From Planctomycetota bacterium (lineage in GTDB: Bacteria > Planctomycetota > PLA2 > JAEUHO01): 64,000 nucleotides of DNA. Positions 1 through 10,302 of the stretch are shown here, in pieces (the first letter of the stretch is position 1; the number at the start of each line of letters is the position of its first letter). The position numbers and the translations under genes are program-made. The notes under the pieces are model-generated. The model worked only from the letters and a program-made list of their open reading frames with translations. It had not been told where the DNA came from and did not search any database. The stretch spans positions 174,336 to 238,335 of the forward strand of contig CBDCWP010000040.1 in assembly GCA_965223505.1 (NCBI GenBank). Reading direction: 5' to 3'.

Positions 1-1726
1 CCTGCCCTACTACGGCGGCGCCATGGAGAACATCTCGCTCGTCGCGTGGGACGACGTGTTCGTCCTCGACGAGAACCTGGCGAAGGAGTGGACCTGGTTG
101 GTGGACCAGATCAACATCCACGAGATGGCGCACAGCTACTTCGGCGACCTGATCGTGTGCCGCGACTTCGCGCATGCCTGGTTGAAGGAAAGCTGGGCTA
201 CCTACATCGAGACGCTCTGGCTGGAGCACTCCAAGGGCGTCGACGAGCGCGATTACGACTTCTACACCAACGTCATGGCGTACGCGCACGAAGCCGACGA
301 GGTCTACCAGCGACCGATCGTCACGCGGGAGTTCAACCACTCCTGGCAGATGTACGACCGACACCTGTATCCGGGCGGCGCCGCGCGCATGCACATGCTG
401 CGCAAGGAGCTGGGCGACGACACGTTCTTCGCCGGCGTGCGCGAATACGTGAAGCGCTTCGCGTACAAGGTCGTCGAGACCGCCGACTACCGGCGCACGC
501 TCGAAGAGGTCTCGGGACGCTCGCTCGTGAAGTGGTTCGACCAGTGGATCCACGGCAAGGGGTACCCGAAGCTCAAGGCCTCGTTCTCCTTCGACAAGAA
601 GAAGGGCGAGGGCACGTTCTCCATCGAGCAGACCCAGGTCGACGAGAAGCAGGGCGTCGGCGCCTTCGACATGCCGCTCGACATCGGCTGGGTCGTCGGA
701 GGCAAGCTCGAGACGCGCACCGTTCAGCTGGAGAAGGCGAAGCACACGTTCGTGATCCGCAGCGAAGCGGAACCGGAACAGGTCCGCATCGATCCGCACA
801 ACCGGTCGGTCTTCACGCTCGAGTTCGATCCCGGCCGCGACAAGCTCGCGAAGCAGATCACCGACGCGCCGGACGTGATCGGACGCATTCGCGCCGGCAG
901 CGAGCTGGCGAAGGACGGCAGCGCCAAGAACGTGGCGACCGTGAAGGACGCGTACATGCGCGAGCCGTTCTGGGGCGTGCGTGTTCGTTTCGCCGAGGCG
1001 CTGGCGAAGGCGGGCTCGCAAGCCGCCCTCGACGCGCTGGCGGAGATCATCGGGCACGAGCAGGATGGTCTGGTGCTCGAGCCGCTGCTGCGCCACGTGG
1101 CGAAGCACCGCGATGAAGGCATCGCGAAGGCGATCGAAGCGCGCCTCGACGCCGGGTTCGGCATGTACCGCGCGACCCAGGCCGCGTACGAGGCCTTGGG
1201 TGCGCAGCGCGAGAACGCGCCGATGCAGCGGCTGATCGGCGCCGCGACGCAGTGCGATCCGTACGGCTTCGATCAGACGGGGGCGTTTCGCGGCCTCGCG
1301 GCCTCGCGGAACGAGGAGGCGGCAAAGCACCTGCTGGCACGGATTCCGTACGGCGCGACGTCGAACCGCTCGCGGCCGTTCGCGCTGCACGCCCTCGGGG
1401 GTCTGGGTCGGCTACAGGAGAAGCGCGTGCGCGAGCAGATCGTCGAGCAGCTCGTGGACGGACTGCGCGATCCCGTGGATCGCGTTCGCGACGCGGCGGT
1501 CACGGCGCTGAAGTTCGCCGGGGCGCCGGAGGCGATCGCGGCGCTCGAGGCGTACGGCAAGAGCGTGTCGGACCAGGATCGCGTCGCGGTCGATCGCGCG
1601 GTCGGGGCGATTCGCGCGGCGCAGAAGCCGAGTGCGGCGTCGCAGGAGAAGGCGCTGGAGGAGCTCCGCGACAAGTTGCGCAAGCTCGAGGAAACGGTCG
1701 GCAAGCTCGAGGCGAAGATGCAGTAG
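1..1726 (+). CDS. pepN: M1 family aminopeptidase with C-terminal HEAT repeats (5'-truncated by window edge)
   Basis: GGAMEN motif read from nt 14, HEMAH...WLKE zinc motif, YxxGA motif, HEAT-like helical repeats and coiled-coil tail; frame is open to the window start. Confidence 0.9.
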   Translation, partial: LPYYGGAMENISLVAWDDVFVLDENLAKEWTWLVDQINIHEMAHSYFGDLIVCRDFAHAWLKESWATYIETLWLEHSKGVDERDYDFYTNVMAYAHEADEVYQRPIVTREFNHSWQMYDRHLYPGGAARMHMLRKELGDDTFFAGVREYVKRFAYKVVETADYRRTLEEVSGRSLVKWFDQWIHGKGYPKLKASFSFDKKKGEGTFSIEQTQVDEKQGVGAFDMPLDIGWVVGGKLETRTVQLEKAKHTFVIRSEAEPEQVRIDPHNRSVFTLEFDPGRDKLAKQITDAPDVIGRIRAGSELAKDGSAKNVATVKDAYMREPFWGVRVRFAEALAKAGSQAALDALAEIIGHEQDGLVLEPLLRHVAKHRDEGIAKAIEARLDAGFGMYRATQAAYEALGAQRENAPMQRLIGAATQCDPYGFDQTGAFRGLAASRNEEAAKHLLARIPYGATSNRSRPFALHALGGLGRLQEKRVREQIVEQLVDGLRDPVDRVRDAAVTALKFAGAPEAIAALEAYGKSVSDQDRVAVDRAVGAIRAAQKPSAASQEKALEELRDKLRKLEETVGKLEAKMQ

Positions 1727-1959
1727 GGGCGACCCTCGTGGTCGCCCAATGGCGTGTGTCTTGGCGCTACGGGTTGGGCAGCCACAAGGGCGCCCCTACG
1801 GGGAATCGTCACGTGGACGTGAACGTGCACCTGAACGTGCACGACACCCCTGACCGCAAGGCGGTGAACGCAGGTGCGGAGGTAGGGGCGACCCTCGTGG
1901 TCGCCCAATGGCGTGTGTCTTGGCGTTACGGGTTGGGCAGCCACAAGGGCTGCCCCTAC
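1723..1959. repeat. GTAG-type REP doublets (two ~77-bp units)
   Basis: GTAGGGGCGACCCTCGTGGTCGCCC...GGGCAGCCACAAGGGC(T)GCCCCTAC at 1723-1799 and 1882-1959, near-identical, between convergent genes. Confidence 0.9.
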
Positions 1960-1971
1960 AGGGTCGCGCAA

Positions 1972-3240
1972 CTAGTTCCCGGTGACCACCGGCGGACGCT
2001 CGTCCGGATCGTCGAACAGCTCCGGATGGCGCAGCTTCTCCGTCTTCCACCAGTCGTGCCACTTGCGCTTGTGCGTGCCCATCGTCTCGCCCGTGATCTT
2101 ACGCAGTGTCCACGAGATCCAAATGCCCGCCGCGCGGTCGTTGAGACGGTTGATCAGCTCGGGAACGGCGTAGTAGCCCATCTTGAGCAGGGCTTTGTGC
2201 GCCGGCATCTGCGCGCGGTACTCGAACTTGAAGCGGTTCATCTTGAAGACCAGCGGCGGCACCGCGCGGCTGCTCTTCTTGTTCGACAGCAGCTCGATCA
2301 CGTGATTGTGGTAGCCGAAGTCCTTGACGTAGATGACCTCCCCGAGCGCCGCGATCCCCGGCCCCCCCATCTCGTCGAGATGCGTGATGATCTTCAACGA
2401 GAGCTTGCGGATCTTCAACTCGTGAAACTCGCGAATGGCCCGCATGAAGGGCTTCTCGGGCTCTTCCTTCTCCGGCTTCTCGAGGCAGCGGTAGATGACG
2501 TCGAGCGCGTTCTCCCAGTGCTTCTCCTTGCTCGTGCTCGCGTAACGGCCCATCTCGCGCGCGACCCGGCTCGTCCCGACGATCGCGAGCGCTTCGTGAA
2601 CGCCGTCGCGCGCGTTCTCGTCCTGCTCCTTCTTGAACAGGTCGAACAGCTGCGGTAACGCGAGGACGCCGCCCTTCTTGGCCATCTGCCGCGCGAGGGA
2701 AGCTCGCCCCGTCGGCGAGTCGGTCTCGTCGTAGAGCTTGCGGATGCGCTTGCACCAGGGACCGATGCGTTCGCCGTCCGTCGGCGGCGGCGCATGGATC
2801 TCCGGCTCCTCCTCCTCGGGCTTCTTCTCGCCGGGCTGCTCGGGGTCGATCGGATCGCCCCACGGAGCTTCCCCGTCGGCGCCCTTCTTCTTCGCCGCGT
2901 CCTCGTCCTTGCCGACCTCGACGTGCTCGAGCACGCGCTTGGCGAACGTCTCGCCGTCTTCGATCTCCTCGAGGTTGCGCTCGATGCGGCTCTTCAACCC
3001 GGCGGAGATGGGGTCGGCCTTGGCCGCCTCCTCGAAGATCCGGCGGGCCTCCTTCAGGTTCAGCAGGCCCTTCTTGATGCGCTTCGGGTCGTCCATCGCG
3101 CTGCCGGCGTCGATCTGGGAGAACCCCAGCTCCTTGAGCGTGGTGGCCCGCTCGAGCGGATCCTCGTCGCTCGCCGCGGCCGGAGCCGCCAGCAGGGCCA
3201 CGCCAACCAGCGCCCAGAGCAGGAGTTGCGGTCGGCTCAT
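1972..3240 (-). CDS. Secreted HEAT-repeat protein
   Basis: Signal peptide MSRPQLLLWALVGVALLAAPAAA; HEAT-like AVPPLV/AVPELI repeats ending in LRKITGE...W..WW. Confidence 0.7.
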   Translation of the reverse strand: MSRPQLLLWALVGVALLAAPAAASDEDPLERATTLKELGFSQIDAGSAMDDPKRIKKGLLNLKEARRIFEEAAKADPISAGLKSRIERNLEEIEDGETFAKRVLEHVEVGKDEDAAKKKGADGEAPWGDPIDPEQPGEKKPEEEEPEIHAPPPTDGERIGPWCKRIRKLYDETDSPTGRASLARQMAKKGGVLALPQLFDLFKKEQDENARDGVHEALAIVGTSRVAREMGRYASTSKEKHWENALDVIYRCLEKPEKEEPEKPFMRAIREFHELKIRKLSLKIITHLDEMGGPGIAALGEVIYVKDFGYHNHVIELLSNKKSSRAVPPLVFKMNRFKFEYRAQMPAHKALLKMGYYAVPELINRLNDRAAGIWISWTLRKITGETMGTHKRKWHDWWKTEKLRHPELFDDPDERPPVVTGN

Positions 3241-3422
3241 GTCGTCCACGCTACCACCTCGGCCCCCGCGCACAATCCGGACACCCGAAACCGTGGGTTC
3301 AAACGTCCGATCGAGGCCCTTTGCGCAGGCTGGGCGGGCGGGCCCCGCGCAGGCCTTCCATGCGTCGGAACCGGGCGGCAGAATCCCGGCGCCGGGCGGG
3401 TCCCGGCGGCTGAAGGAGCACG

Positions 3423-5006
3423 ATGAGCACCTATCGGATTCTGGTCGCGGACGAGCTGGCGCCGGAAGGCATGGCGATCCTCGAAGAAGCGGCCGACGTG
3501 ACGATTCGCACGGGCATGGACGAGGACGCGTTGCGCGAAGCGTTGCCGCCCTACCACGCGCTCGTCGTGCGCTCCGCCACCAAGCCGACGGCGCGCAGCC
3601 TCGAGCTCGCAGAGAACCTCACGGTGATCGGACGGGCCGGCATCGGCATCGACAACATCGACCTGAAGGCGGCGACGGAGCGCGGCATCGTCGTGATGAA
3701 CACGCCGGAGGCGAACGCCGTCACGACCGGCGAGCTGGCGCTCTCGTTGATGATGAGCCTCGCGCGCAACATCGCCGCGGCGGACGCGTCGATGAAGGCC
3801 GGCCGCTGGGACAAGAAGCAGCTCATCGGCACGGAGCTTCGCGGACAGCGCCTGGGCGTGCTCGGCCTGGGGAAGATCGGCACCGTGGTCGCCACGCGCG
3901 CGCTCGGCCTCAAGATGCACGTCGGCGCCTTCGACCCGAACGTCTCGCAGGAGGACGCGCCGGAAGGCGTGCGCATGGTGACCTTGGACGAGCTGCTCGA
4001 GCGCAGCGACTTCCTCACCGTCCACGTGCCACTCAACGATCACACACGCCACCTGCTGAACGCGGAGCGGTTGGCGAAGATGAAGAAGGGCGCGCGCTTG
4101 ATCCACGCCGCGCGCGGCGGCGTCGTCGACGACAACGCCCTCATCGAGGCGCTCGAGTCGGGTCATCTGTCCGGCGCCGCGCTCGACGTGTACGAGACGG
4201 AGCCGCTGCCGGAAGACCACCCTTTCCGATCGATGGCCAACGTCGTGTTGACGCCGCACCTCGGCGCGAGCACCAACGAAGCGAAGCGCAACGTCTCCAT
4301 CGAGATGGCGCGCCAAATCGTGACGTGCCTGCAGACCGGCGTGGCGTTGAACGGCGTCAATGTGCCGCGCATCCCGCCGAGCGAGGTGAACCGCCTTGCG
4401 CCGTTCCTGGCGCTGTCGCGCAACCTGGCATCGTTCCTCGTGCAGATCTTCCCCGGCAAGCTCGAGTCGCTGCGACTCACCTGCCAGGGCGAGCTGCCGG
4501 AGATGGCGACACAGGCGCTGAGCCTGGAGATGCTGGGCGGGGCGCTCAACGTCCTTGCGGACCGGCCGGTGACACCCGTGAACGCCGAGGCGATCGCCGA
4601 GTCGATGGGCGTTCGCGTGCACAGCGAGTCGTCGACGCTCAAACGCGACTTCCTCAACCTCATTCGGATCGAGGCGCTGGTCGACGGTGAGCGCCACTTC
4701 ATCACCGGCACGGTCCTGGGTAACCGACACGGTCGGATGGTGCAGCTCGACAAGTTCCTGCTCGACGCGATTCCCGAGGGCCCGCTCCTGGTGATCTTCC
4801 ATCACGACAAGCCGGGCGTGATCGGCGCGATCGGCTCGATCCTGGGCGACGAGAACGTGAACATCTCGCGCCTGCAGCTGGGCGCGCCGCCCAACGGCGG
4901 TCCGGCGCTGGGCATCCTCAATCTGTCGACGCCGGTCGAAGACGGCGTCCTGCAGCGCATCCGCGACCTGGCGAGCATCGACAGCGCGTACGCGGTCGTC
5001 GCGTAG
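3423..5006 (+). CDS. serA: D-3-phosphoglycerate dehydrogenase
   Basis: GRAGIGIDNID, GLGKIG, ARGG, ALDVYETEP, TPHLGAST, C-terminal ACT domain (DKPGVIG); RBS AAGGAG. Confidence 0.95.
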   Translation: MSTYRILVADELAPEGMAILEEAADVTIRTGMDEDALREALPPYHALVVRSATKPTARSLELAENLTVIGRAGIGIDNIDLKAATERGIVVMNTPEANAVTTGELALSLMMSLARNIAAADASMKAGRWDKKQLIGTELRGQRLGVLGLGKIGTVVATRALGLKMHVGAFDPNVSQEDAPEGVRMVTLDELLERSDFLTVHVPLNDHTRHLLNAERLAKMKKGARLIHAARGGVVDDNALIEALESGHLSGAALDVYETEPLPEDHPFRSMANVVLTPHLGASTNEAKRNVSIEMARQIVTCLQTGVALNGVNVPRIPPSEVNRLAPFLALSRNLASFLVQIFPGKLESLRLTCQGELPEMATQALSLEMLGGALNVLADRPVTPVNAEAIAESMGVRVHSESSTLKRDFLNLIRIEALVDGERHFITGTVLGNRHGRMVQLDKFLLDAIPEGPLLVIFHHDKPGVIGAIGSILGDENVNISRLQLGAPPNGGPALGILNLSTPVEDGVLQRIRDLASIDSAYAVVA

Positions 5007-5081
5007 GGGCGACCGCCCGCGAATGACCTGGTGCGTTCGTCCCTGACCGCGGCGCGAGCGGTGTCCAGTCCCACCCCCTAC
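5003..5081. repeat. Degenerate REP pair between serA and serC
   Basis: GTAGGGGCGACC at the left end and CCCCCTAC at the right end, each overlapping a TAG stop codon. Confidence 0.6.
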
Positions 5082-6157
5082 GCGTTGCGGCGCTCGAAGT
5101 CTTCCATGAACGCGGCGAGGCGCTCCACGCCGTCCGGCTCCATCGCGTTGTAGATCGACGCGCGCATGCCGCCGATCGTGCGGTAGCCCTTGAGCCCCAC
5201 CATGCCGTTCGCCTCCGCCTCCTGCAGGAACGCGCCGTCGAGGCTGTCGTCCTTCAGCGTGAAAGGCACGTTCATGTTCGAACGGTCCTCGCGCGCGGCC
5301 GGGCCGCTGTAGAAGTCGGAGCTGTCGATCACGCCGTACAAGCGATCGGCCTTCGCCTTGTTGCGGACCTCCATCGCCGCCAGTCCGCCGTTGCTCTCGA
5401 TCCAGCGCGCCACCAGCCCCACCACGTAGATTGCGAACGCGGGCGGCGTGTTGTAGAGCGAGCCCTTCGAAGCGTGCGTGTTGTAGTTGAGCATCGTCGG
5501 CAGGCTGTCGGGCGAGCGCTCGAGCAGCTCGTTGCGGATCAAGACCAACGTGACGCCTGCCGGTCCGAGGTTCTTCTGCGCGCCGGCGTAGATGACACCG
5601 AAGCGGCTCAGGTCCATCGGCCGCGAGAGGATGTCCGATGACGCGTCGCAAACGAGCGGCGCGTCCGTGGACGGGAACGCGTGGAGCTGGGTCCCGAAGA
5701 TCGTGTTGTTCGACGTGACGTGGACGTAGTCCGCGTCCGGGCGCAGGTCGAGGTCCTTGGGGATGTGGTCGAAGTTCGTGTCCGCGCTGCTGGCCGCGAC
5801 ATGTCCGTGGCCCATGCGCTCCGCCTCGGCGTGGGCCTTCTTGCCCCAGTTGCCTGCGACGAGGTAGTCGCCCTTCGGTCCGAGGTTGTACGGAACCATG
5901 AAGAACTGCGACGACGCCCCGCCTTGCAGGAACAGCACGGACCAGTCGTCACCCGCACCGAGCAGATTCCGAATCGACGCCTCGGCGCCTTCGTGAACGG
6001 CCGTGTATTCCGGCGAGCGATGACTCACCTCGGCGACGCCCACGCCGCATCCGCCGAGCGAGATGAGGTTCTCGGCGGCCTCCTCGAGCACGGCGAGCGG
6101 CAGCGTCGCGGGCCCCGCGCTGAAGTTCAACATGCGATCGGTCATGGTGCTGCTCAT
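5078..6157 (-). CDS. serC: Phosphoserine aminotransferase
   Basis: NFSAGPA, SHRS, QGGAS, NNTIFG, GAQKNLGPAG (PLP lysine), NTPP, GGMRASIYNA. Confidence 0.96.
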   Translation of the reverse strand: MSSTMTDRMLNFSAGPATLPLAVLEEAAENLISLGGCGVGVAEVSHRSPEYTAVHEGAEASIRNLLGAGDDWSVLFLQGGASSQFFMVPYNLGPKGDYLVAGNWGKKAHAEAERMGHGHVAASSADTNFDHIPKDLDLRPDADYVHVTSNNTIFGTQLHAFPSTDAPLVCDASSDILSRPMDLSRFGVIYAGAQKNLGPAGVTLVLIRNELLERSPDSLPTMLNYNTHASKGSLYNTPPAFAIYVVGLVARWIESNGGLAAMEVRNKAKADRLYGVIDSSDFYSGPAAREDRSNMNVPFTLKDDSLDGAFLQEAEANGMVGLKGYRTIGGMRASIYNAMEPDGVERLAAFMEDFERRNA

Positions 6158-6255
6158 GGCGCCTCCTGCGATGGCGCGGATGGTACGACCGTCTGCTTCC
6201 CGGCTGGCGTTCCGCGCGACCGGGAGGAAGATCGGAGCGTTCGCTGGAGACAGCC

Positions 6256-6969
6256 ATGGCCGTCCACGAGCTCGAGATCGCCGAGGTCATCCAAGAGACC
6301 CCGATGGACCGCACGTTCGTCCTGCCGATCCCGGCCGGGCTCGCCGAAGAGATGCGCTTCACCGCGGGGCAGTTCGTGATCGTCGTGGACCCGGACGCGG
6401 AGAAGCCGCTCCGGCGCGCGTACTCCATCTCCTGCGGCCCGGACGATGCCGAGGCCATCACGCTCACCGTCCGTGACATGGGCGGCTTCGGACACGACTT
6501 CTACGGCTTCGAGCCCGGCAAGCGGCTCCAGGTCGCGACGCCGCAAGGCAAGTTCACGCTCGACGAAGAGGCGGCGGGCGACATCGTGATGGTGTCGGGC
6601 GGATCGGGCGTCACGCCGTTCCGTTCGTTCGTCCAGCACCTGCGCGCGGTGGGCACGGACCGCGCCGTGACGCTCTTTCAGAGCGCGCAGCAGGCGAACG
6701 AGCTGATCTTCCGCGAGGAGTTCGAAGCGCACGCCGCTGCGGGCGACTGGTTCACCTACGTGCCGACGGTCACCCGGGCCGCCGACGACGACCCGTGGCC
6801 GGGCCGCCGCGGCCGCATCGACCTCGCGCTGGTGCGCAGCGCCGTGACGTCGCCGGAGACGGTCCGTTACTACGCGTGCGGTCCGGGCGCCTTCGTGCGG
6901 TCGATGTTCGAGATTGCGGAGGAGATCGGCGTCCCGAAGGAGCACCGCCGCAAGGAGCAGTGGGGGTAG
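6256..6969 (+). CDS. Ferredoxin-NADP reductase-like FAD/NAD(P)-binding oxidoreductase
   Basis: FTAGQF, RAYSIS, GGSGVTPF, YACGP, terminal EQW. Confidence 0.88.
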   Translation: MAVHELEIAEVIQETPMDRTFVLPIPAGLAEEMRFTAGQFVIVVDPDAEKPLRRAYSISCGPDDAEAITLTVRDMGGFGHDFYGFEPGKRLQVATPQGKFTLDEEAAGDIVMVSGGSGVTPFRSFVQHLRAVGTDRAVTLFQSAQQANELIFREEFEAHAAAGDWFTYVPTVTRAADDDPWPGRRGRIDLALVRSAVTSPETVRYYACGPGAFVRSMFEIAEEIGVPKEHRRKEQWG

Positions 6970-7184
6970 GGGCAGCCCTCGTGAAATTGGGTGACCTGTA
7001 GGGGCAGCCCTCGTGGCTGCCCAATTGGGCGACCAGTAGAGTAGGGGCAGCCCTTGTGGCTGCCCAATTGGGCGACCAGTAGGGGCAGCCCTTGTGGCTG
7101 CCCAATTGGGCGACCACGAGGGTCGCCCCTACGTGAATTGGGCGACCACGAGGGTCGCCCCGACAGCAAGAGGGTCGCCCCTAC
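6966..7184. repeat. GTAG-type REP cluster (about 7 complete or partial units)
   Basis: Tandem GTAGGGGCAGCCCTYGTGGCTGCCC units followed by inverted GGGCGACCACGAGGGTCGCCCCTAC units. Confidence 0.92.
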
Positions 7185-8383
7185 AGCAGATGCGTGAACA
7201 ACCCCGAGCGCAGCTTCGGCTCGAACCACGTCGACTTCGGCGGCATCGTCATCCCCGCATCCGCCACGTCGAGCAGCTCGTCCACCGACACCGGATACAA
7301 CGAGAACGCCACCGCCGCTTCGCCCGCATCCACACGGCGCTCGAGCTCCGTAGTTCCGCGTGAGCCCCCCACGAACGCGATCCGCTGATCGTTGCGCGGA
7401 TCGTCAATGCCCAGCAGCGGCGCGAGCACGCGGTCCTGCAGCACCTGCACGTCGAGACGCGCAACCGCATCGCCGTCCACCGACCCCCAACGGAGTCGGC
7501 GCCACGCACCGCCCAGGTACATCCGTGCTTCGCCGCGCGCCGCAGGCGTGCCGTCGTCGGCGTCATGCACCTGCATGACCTGCGAGAGCGCCTCGAGGAA
7601 GGCCGACTCGGACTGCCCGTGAAGATTCCGCACCAATCGGTTGTACGCCAAGATGCGCACTTGATCGGAAGGGATGGCGACCCCCAGAAAGAACGCACTC
7701 TCCGCATCGGCTCCGTCGCCGCGCTCGCGATGCGCGTTCATGGCGGACGCGGAACGATGATGGCCGTCGGCGATGTACAGCGCGGGTACGGACGCCATGG
7801 CGTCGATCCACGGGCCGCAGTCGCCCACGCGCCACACCCGGTGCCGCACGCCGTCGTCCGCCGTGAAGTCGATCTCCGGCGCTTCGGCGACCGTGTCGGC
7901 GACGAGCGCGTCGAGCTCGGCGTTCGGACGGTACGTCAAGAACACGGGACCGGTCTGCGCCTCCAACGTGAGCACGTGCTGCGTGCGCTCGGACTCCTTG
8001 TCGGAGCGGGTGTGCTCGTGCTTGCGAATCGTGCCGTCGACGTACTCCTCGACGGCGAACGTCCCGACGAGCCCGACCTGCGCGTGCTCGCCGTCCTGCT
8101 GCGCGTACAGATACAGCGACGGCGCGTCGTCGCGCGCGAGCAGGCCCCTCGTCTCGAGCGACGCAAGCTGTTCGCGCCCGCGCGCGTGCGCTCGCGCCAC
8201 GTCCTTCGCCTCGTCGTGGGGTAGACCGATCTCCGGGCGTACGACGTGCAGGAAGTTGTCCGGAAGCGCTGCGGCCAGCTCCCTGGCTTCCGCGGTGCTC
8301 ACGACGTCATAGGGAACGGAGGCGACACGCGCGGCGGCCTCGGCGGTCGGGCGCAACGCACGGAAGGGTCGAATGGTGCTCAC
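7181..8383 (-). CDS. DUF1015 family protein
   Basis: IRPFRALRP, PYDVVS, IRKHEHT, YIADGHHR, MPPKSTWFEPKLRSGL. Confidence 0.9.
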   Translation of the reverse strand: MSTIRPFRALRPTAEAAARVASVPYDVVSTAEARELAAALPDNFLHVVRPEIGLPHDEAKDVARAHARGREQLASLETRGLLARDDAPSLYLYAQQDGEHAQVGLVGTFAVEEYVDGTIRKHEHTRSDKESERTQHVLTLEAQTGPVFLTYRPNAELDALVADTVAEAPEIDFTADDGVRHRVWRVGDCGPWIDAMASVPALYIADGHHRSASAMNAHRERGDGADAESAFFLGVAIPSDQVRILAYNRLVRNLHGQSESAFLEALSQVMQVHDADDGTPAARGEARMYLGGAWRRLRWGSVDGDAVARLDVQVLQDRVLAPLLGIDDPRNDQRIAFVGGSRGTTELERRVDAGEAAVAFSLYPVSVDELLDVADAGMTMPPKSTWFEPKLRSGLFTHLL

Positions 8384-8466
8384 GCGCGCAGCGTACCGAC
8401 GGATCGCGCCCCCGATTCACTTCCAACGAGCGTTCGAGTCGGCCACCGGCCGACGCGCGGTCAGCG

Positions 8467-9297
<831 letters not shown>

Positions 9298-9682
9298 CAA
9301 CTCTCCCTAAGAGCCCCGCCCAAGGGCTGAGCCCAAAACGTACCCAGGGCACGACTGCAAATGAACAAGCAGTCGCTGGAAATCAGGGCTCCCTGCCCTG
9401 ATTCACCCTCCAAAAAGCCTTCCGTAGAAGTGCCTCGTACACAGGACGTCGGCTGTTGACCCAGAAATTCCAGCGATTTCTGAGATTTGCATTTGGGCAT
9501 GAGTTCGCATCGCGCTCGTAACCCACTGACAGGCAGCCGGTTACCGTCGACAGAATTTCGCCGCACGCGCAGGAATCGCGCGCGCGCCGGTGGCGGAAGG
9601 CCCGTCGCCACCGCTGTCGAATGCAAGGTGTCCCGCGCGCAGGACCGGGGAAGATGAGCGACCGCAACCTGCCGGAGACGCA

Positions 9683-10258
9683 ATGACGCCCGACCGATCC
9701 AAGCACGTTTCGTTCGACGACGAACCGCTGATCGTCGTAGACGAAGACGACAACGTGTTGGCGCACCGGACAAAGGCGGACTGCCACGCGGGCGACGGCC
9801 TCCTGCATCGCGCGCTCTCGGTGTTCGTCTTCGACGCCGAGGGGCGCGTCCTCCTCCAGCAGCGAAGCGCGCGCAAGCCGTTGTGGCCACTTTACTGGTC
9901 GAACAGTTGCTGCAGCCATCCGCGACGCGGCGAATCGGAGGCAACCGCGGCGGTCCGTCGCCTGTACGAAGAGCTCGGGCTCGAGGCCGAGCCGACGTTC
10001 CTCTACCGCTTCCAGTACCACGCGCCATTCGAGGACAAGGGCTCGGAGCGCGAGCTGTGCTCGGTGTTCATCGCCCGCGCCAACGGCTCCGTCGCGGCCA
10101 ACGAGCACGAGATCGCCGACTGGCGCTGGCTCGAACCCGCGGCGCTCGACCGCGCGCTTCGCGACGAACCCGACGCGTACACACCTTGGCTTCGCATGGA
10201 GTGGGCGCGCATCCGCGAAGACCACTGGCCGCAGATCGAGGCCATGCTCGAGGCCTGA
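9683..10258 (+). CDS. idi: Isopentenyl-diphosphate delta-isomerase, type 1 (Nudix fold)
   Basis: LHRALSVFVF, LLQQRS..K, WSNSCCSHP, RRLYEELG, ExE, FTPW-like YTPW. Confidence 0.93.
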   Translation: MTPDRSKHVSFDDEPLIVVDEDDNVLAHRTKADCHAGDGLLHRALSVFVFDAEGRVLLQQRSARKPLWPLYWSNSCCSHPRRGESEATAAVRRLYEELGLEAEPTFLYRFQYHAPFEDKGSERELCSVFIARANGSVAANEHEIADWRWLEPAALDRALRDEPDAYTPWLRMEWARIREDHWPQIEAMLEA

Positions 10259-10302
10259 TTTCTCTATAGTCGCCCGCCGCCGCAACGCGCCAGGAGCCGC
10301 AG

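Noticed and set aside
1810..1844. Hexamer run CACGTG/GACGTG/AACGTG between REP doublets
   Set aside because: Short simple repeat; no function can be supported from the sequence.
3237..5651. Long antisense or alternate-frame ORFs (also 38536-41259, 54879-57029, 36577-38124, most of 11377-13344)
   Set aside because: Shadow ORFs of high-GC genes, Arg/Ala/Gly-rich and overlapping well-supported CDSs.
6966..7184. CRISPR array
   Set aside because: Repeats are palindromic GTAG REPs in both orientations without unique spacers; no cas genes.
9300..9560. Riboswitch or sigma54 promoter in the AT-richer divergent gap
   Set aside because: Several hairpins and a weak GG-N10-GC exist, but I recognise no riboswitch consensus.
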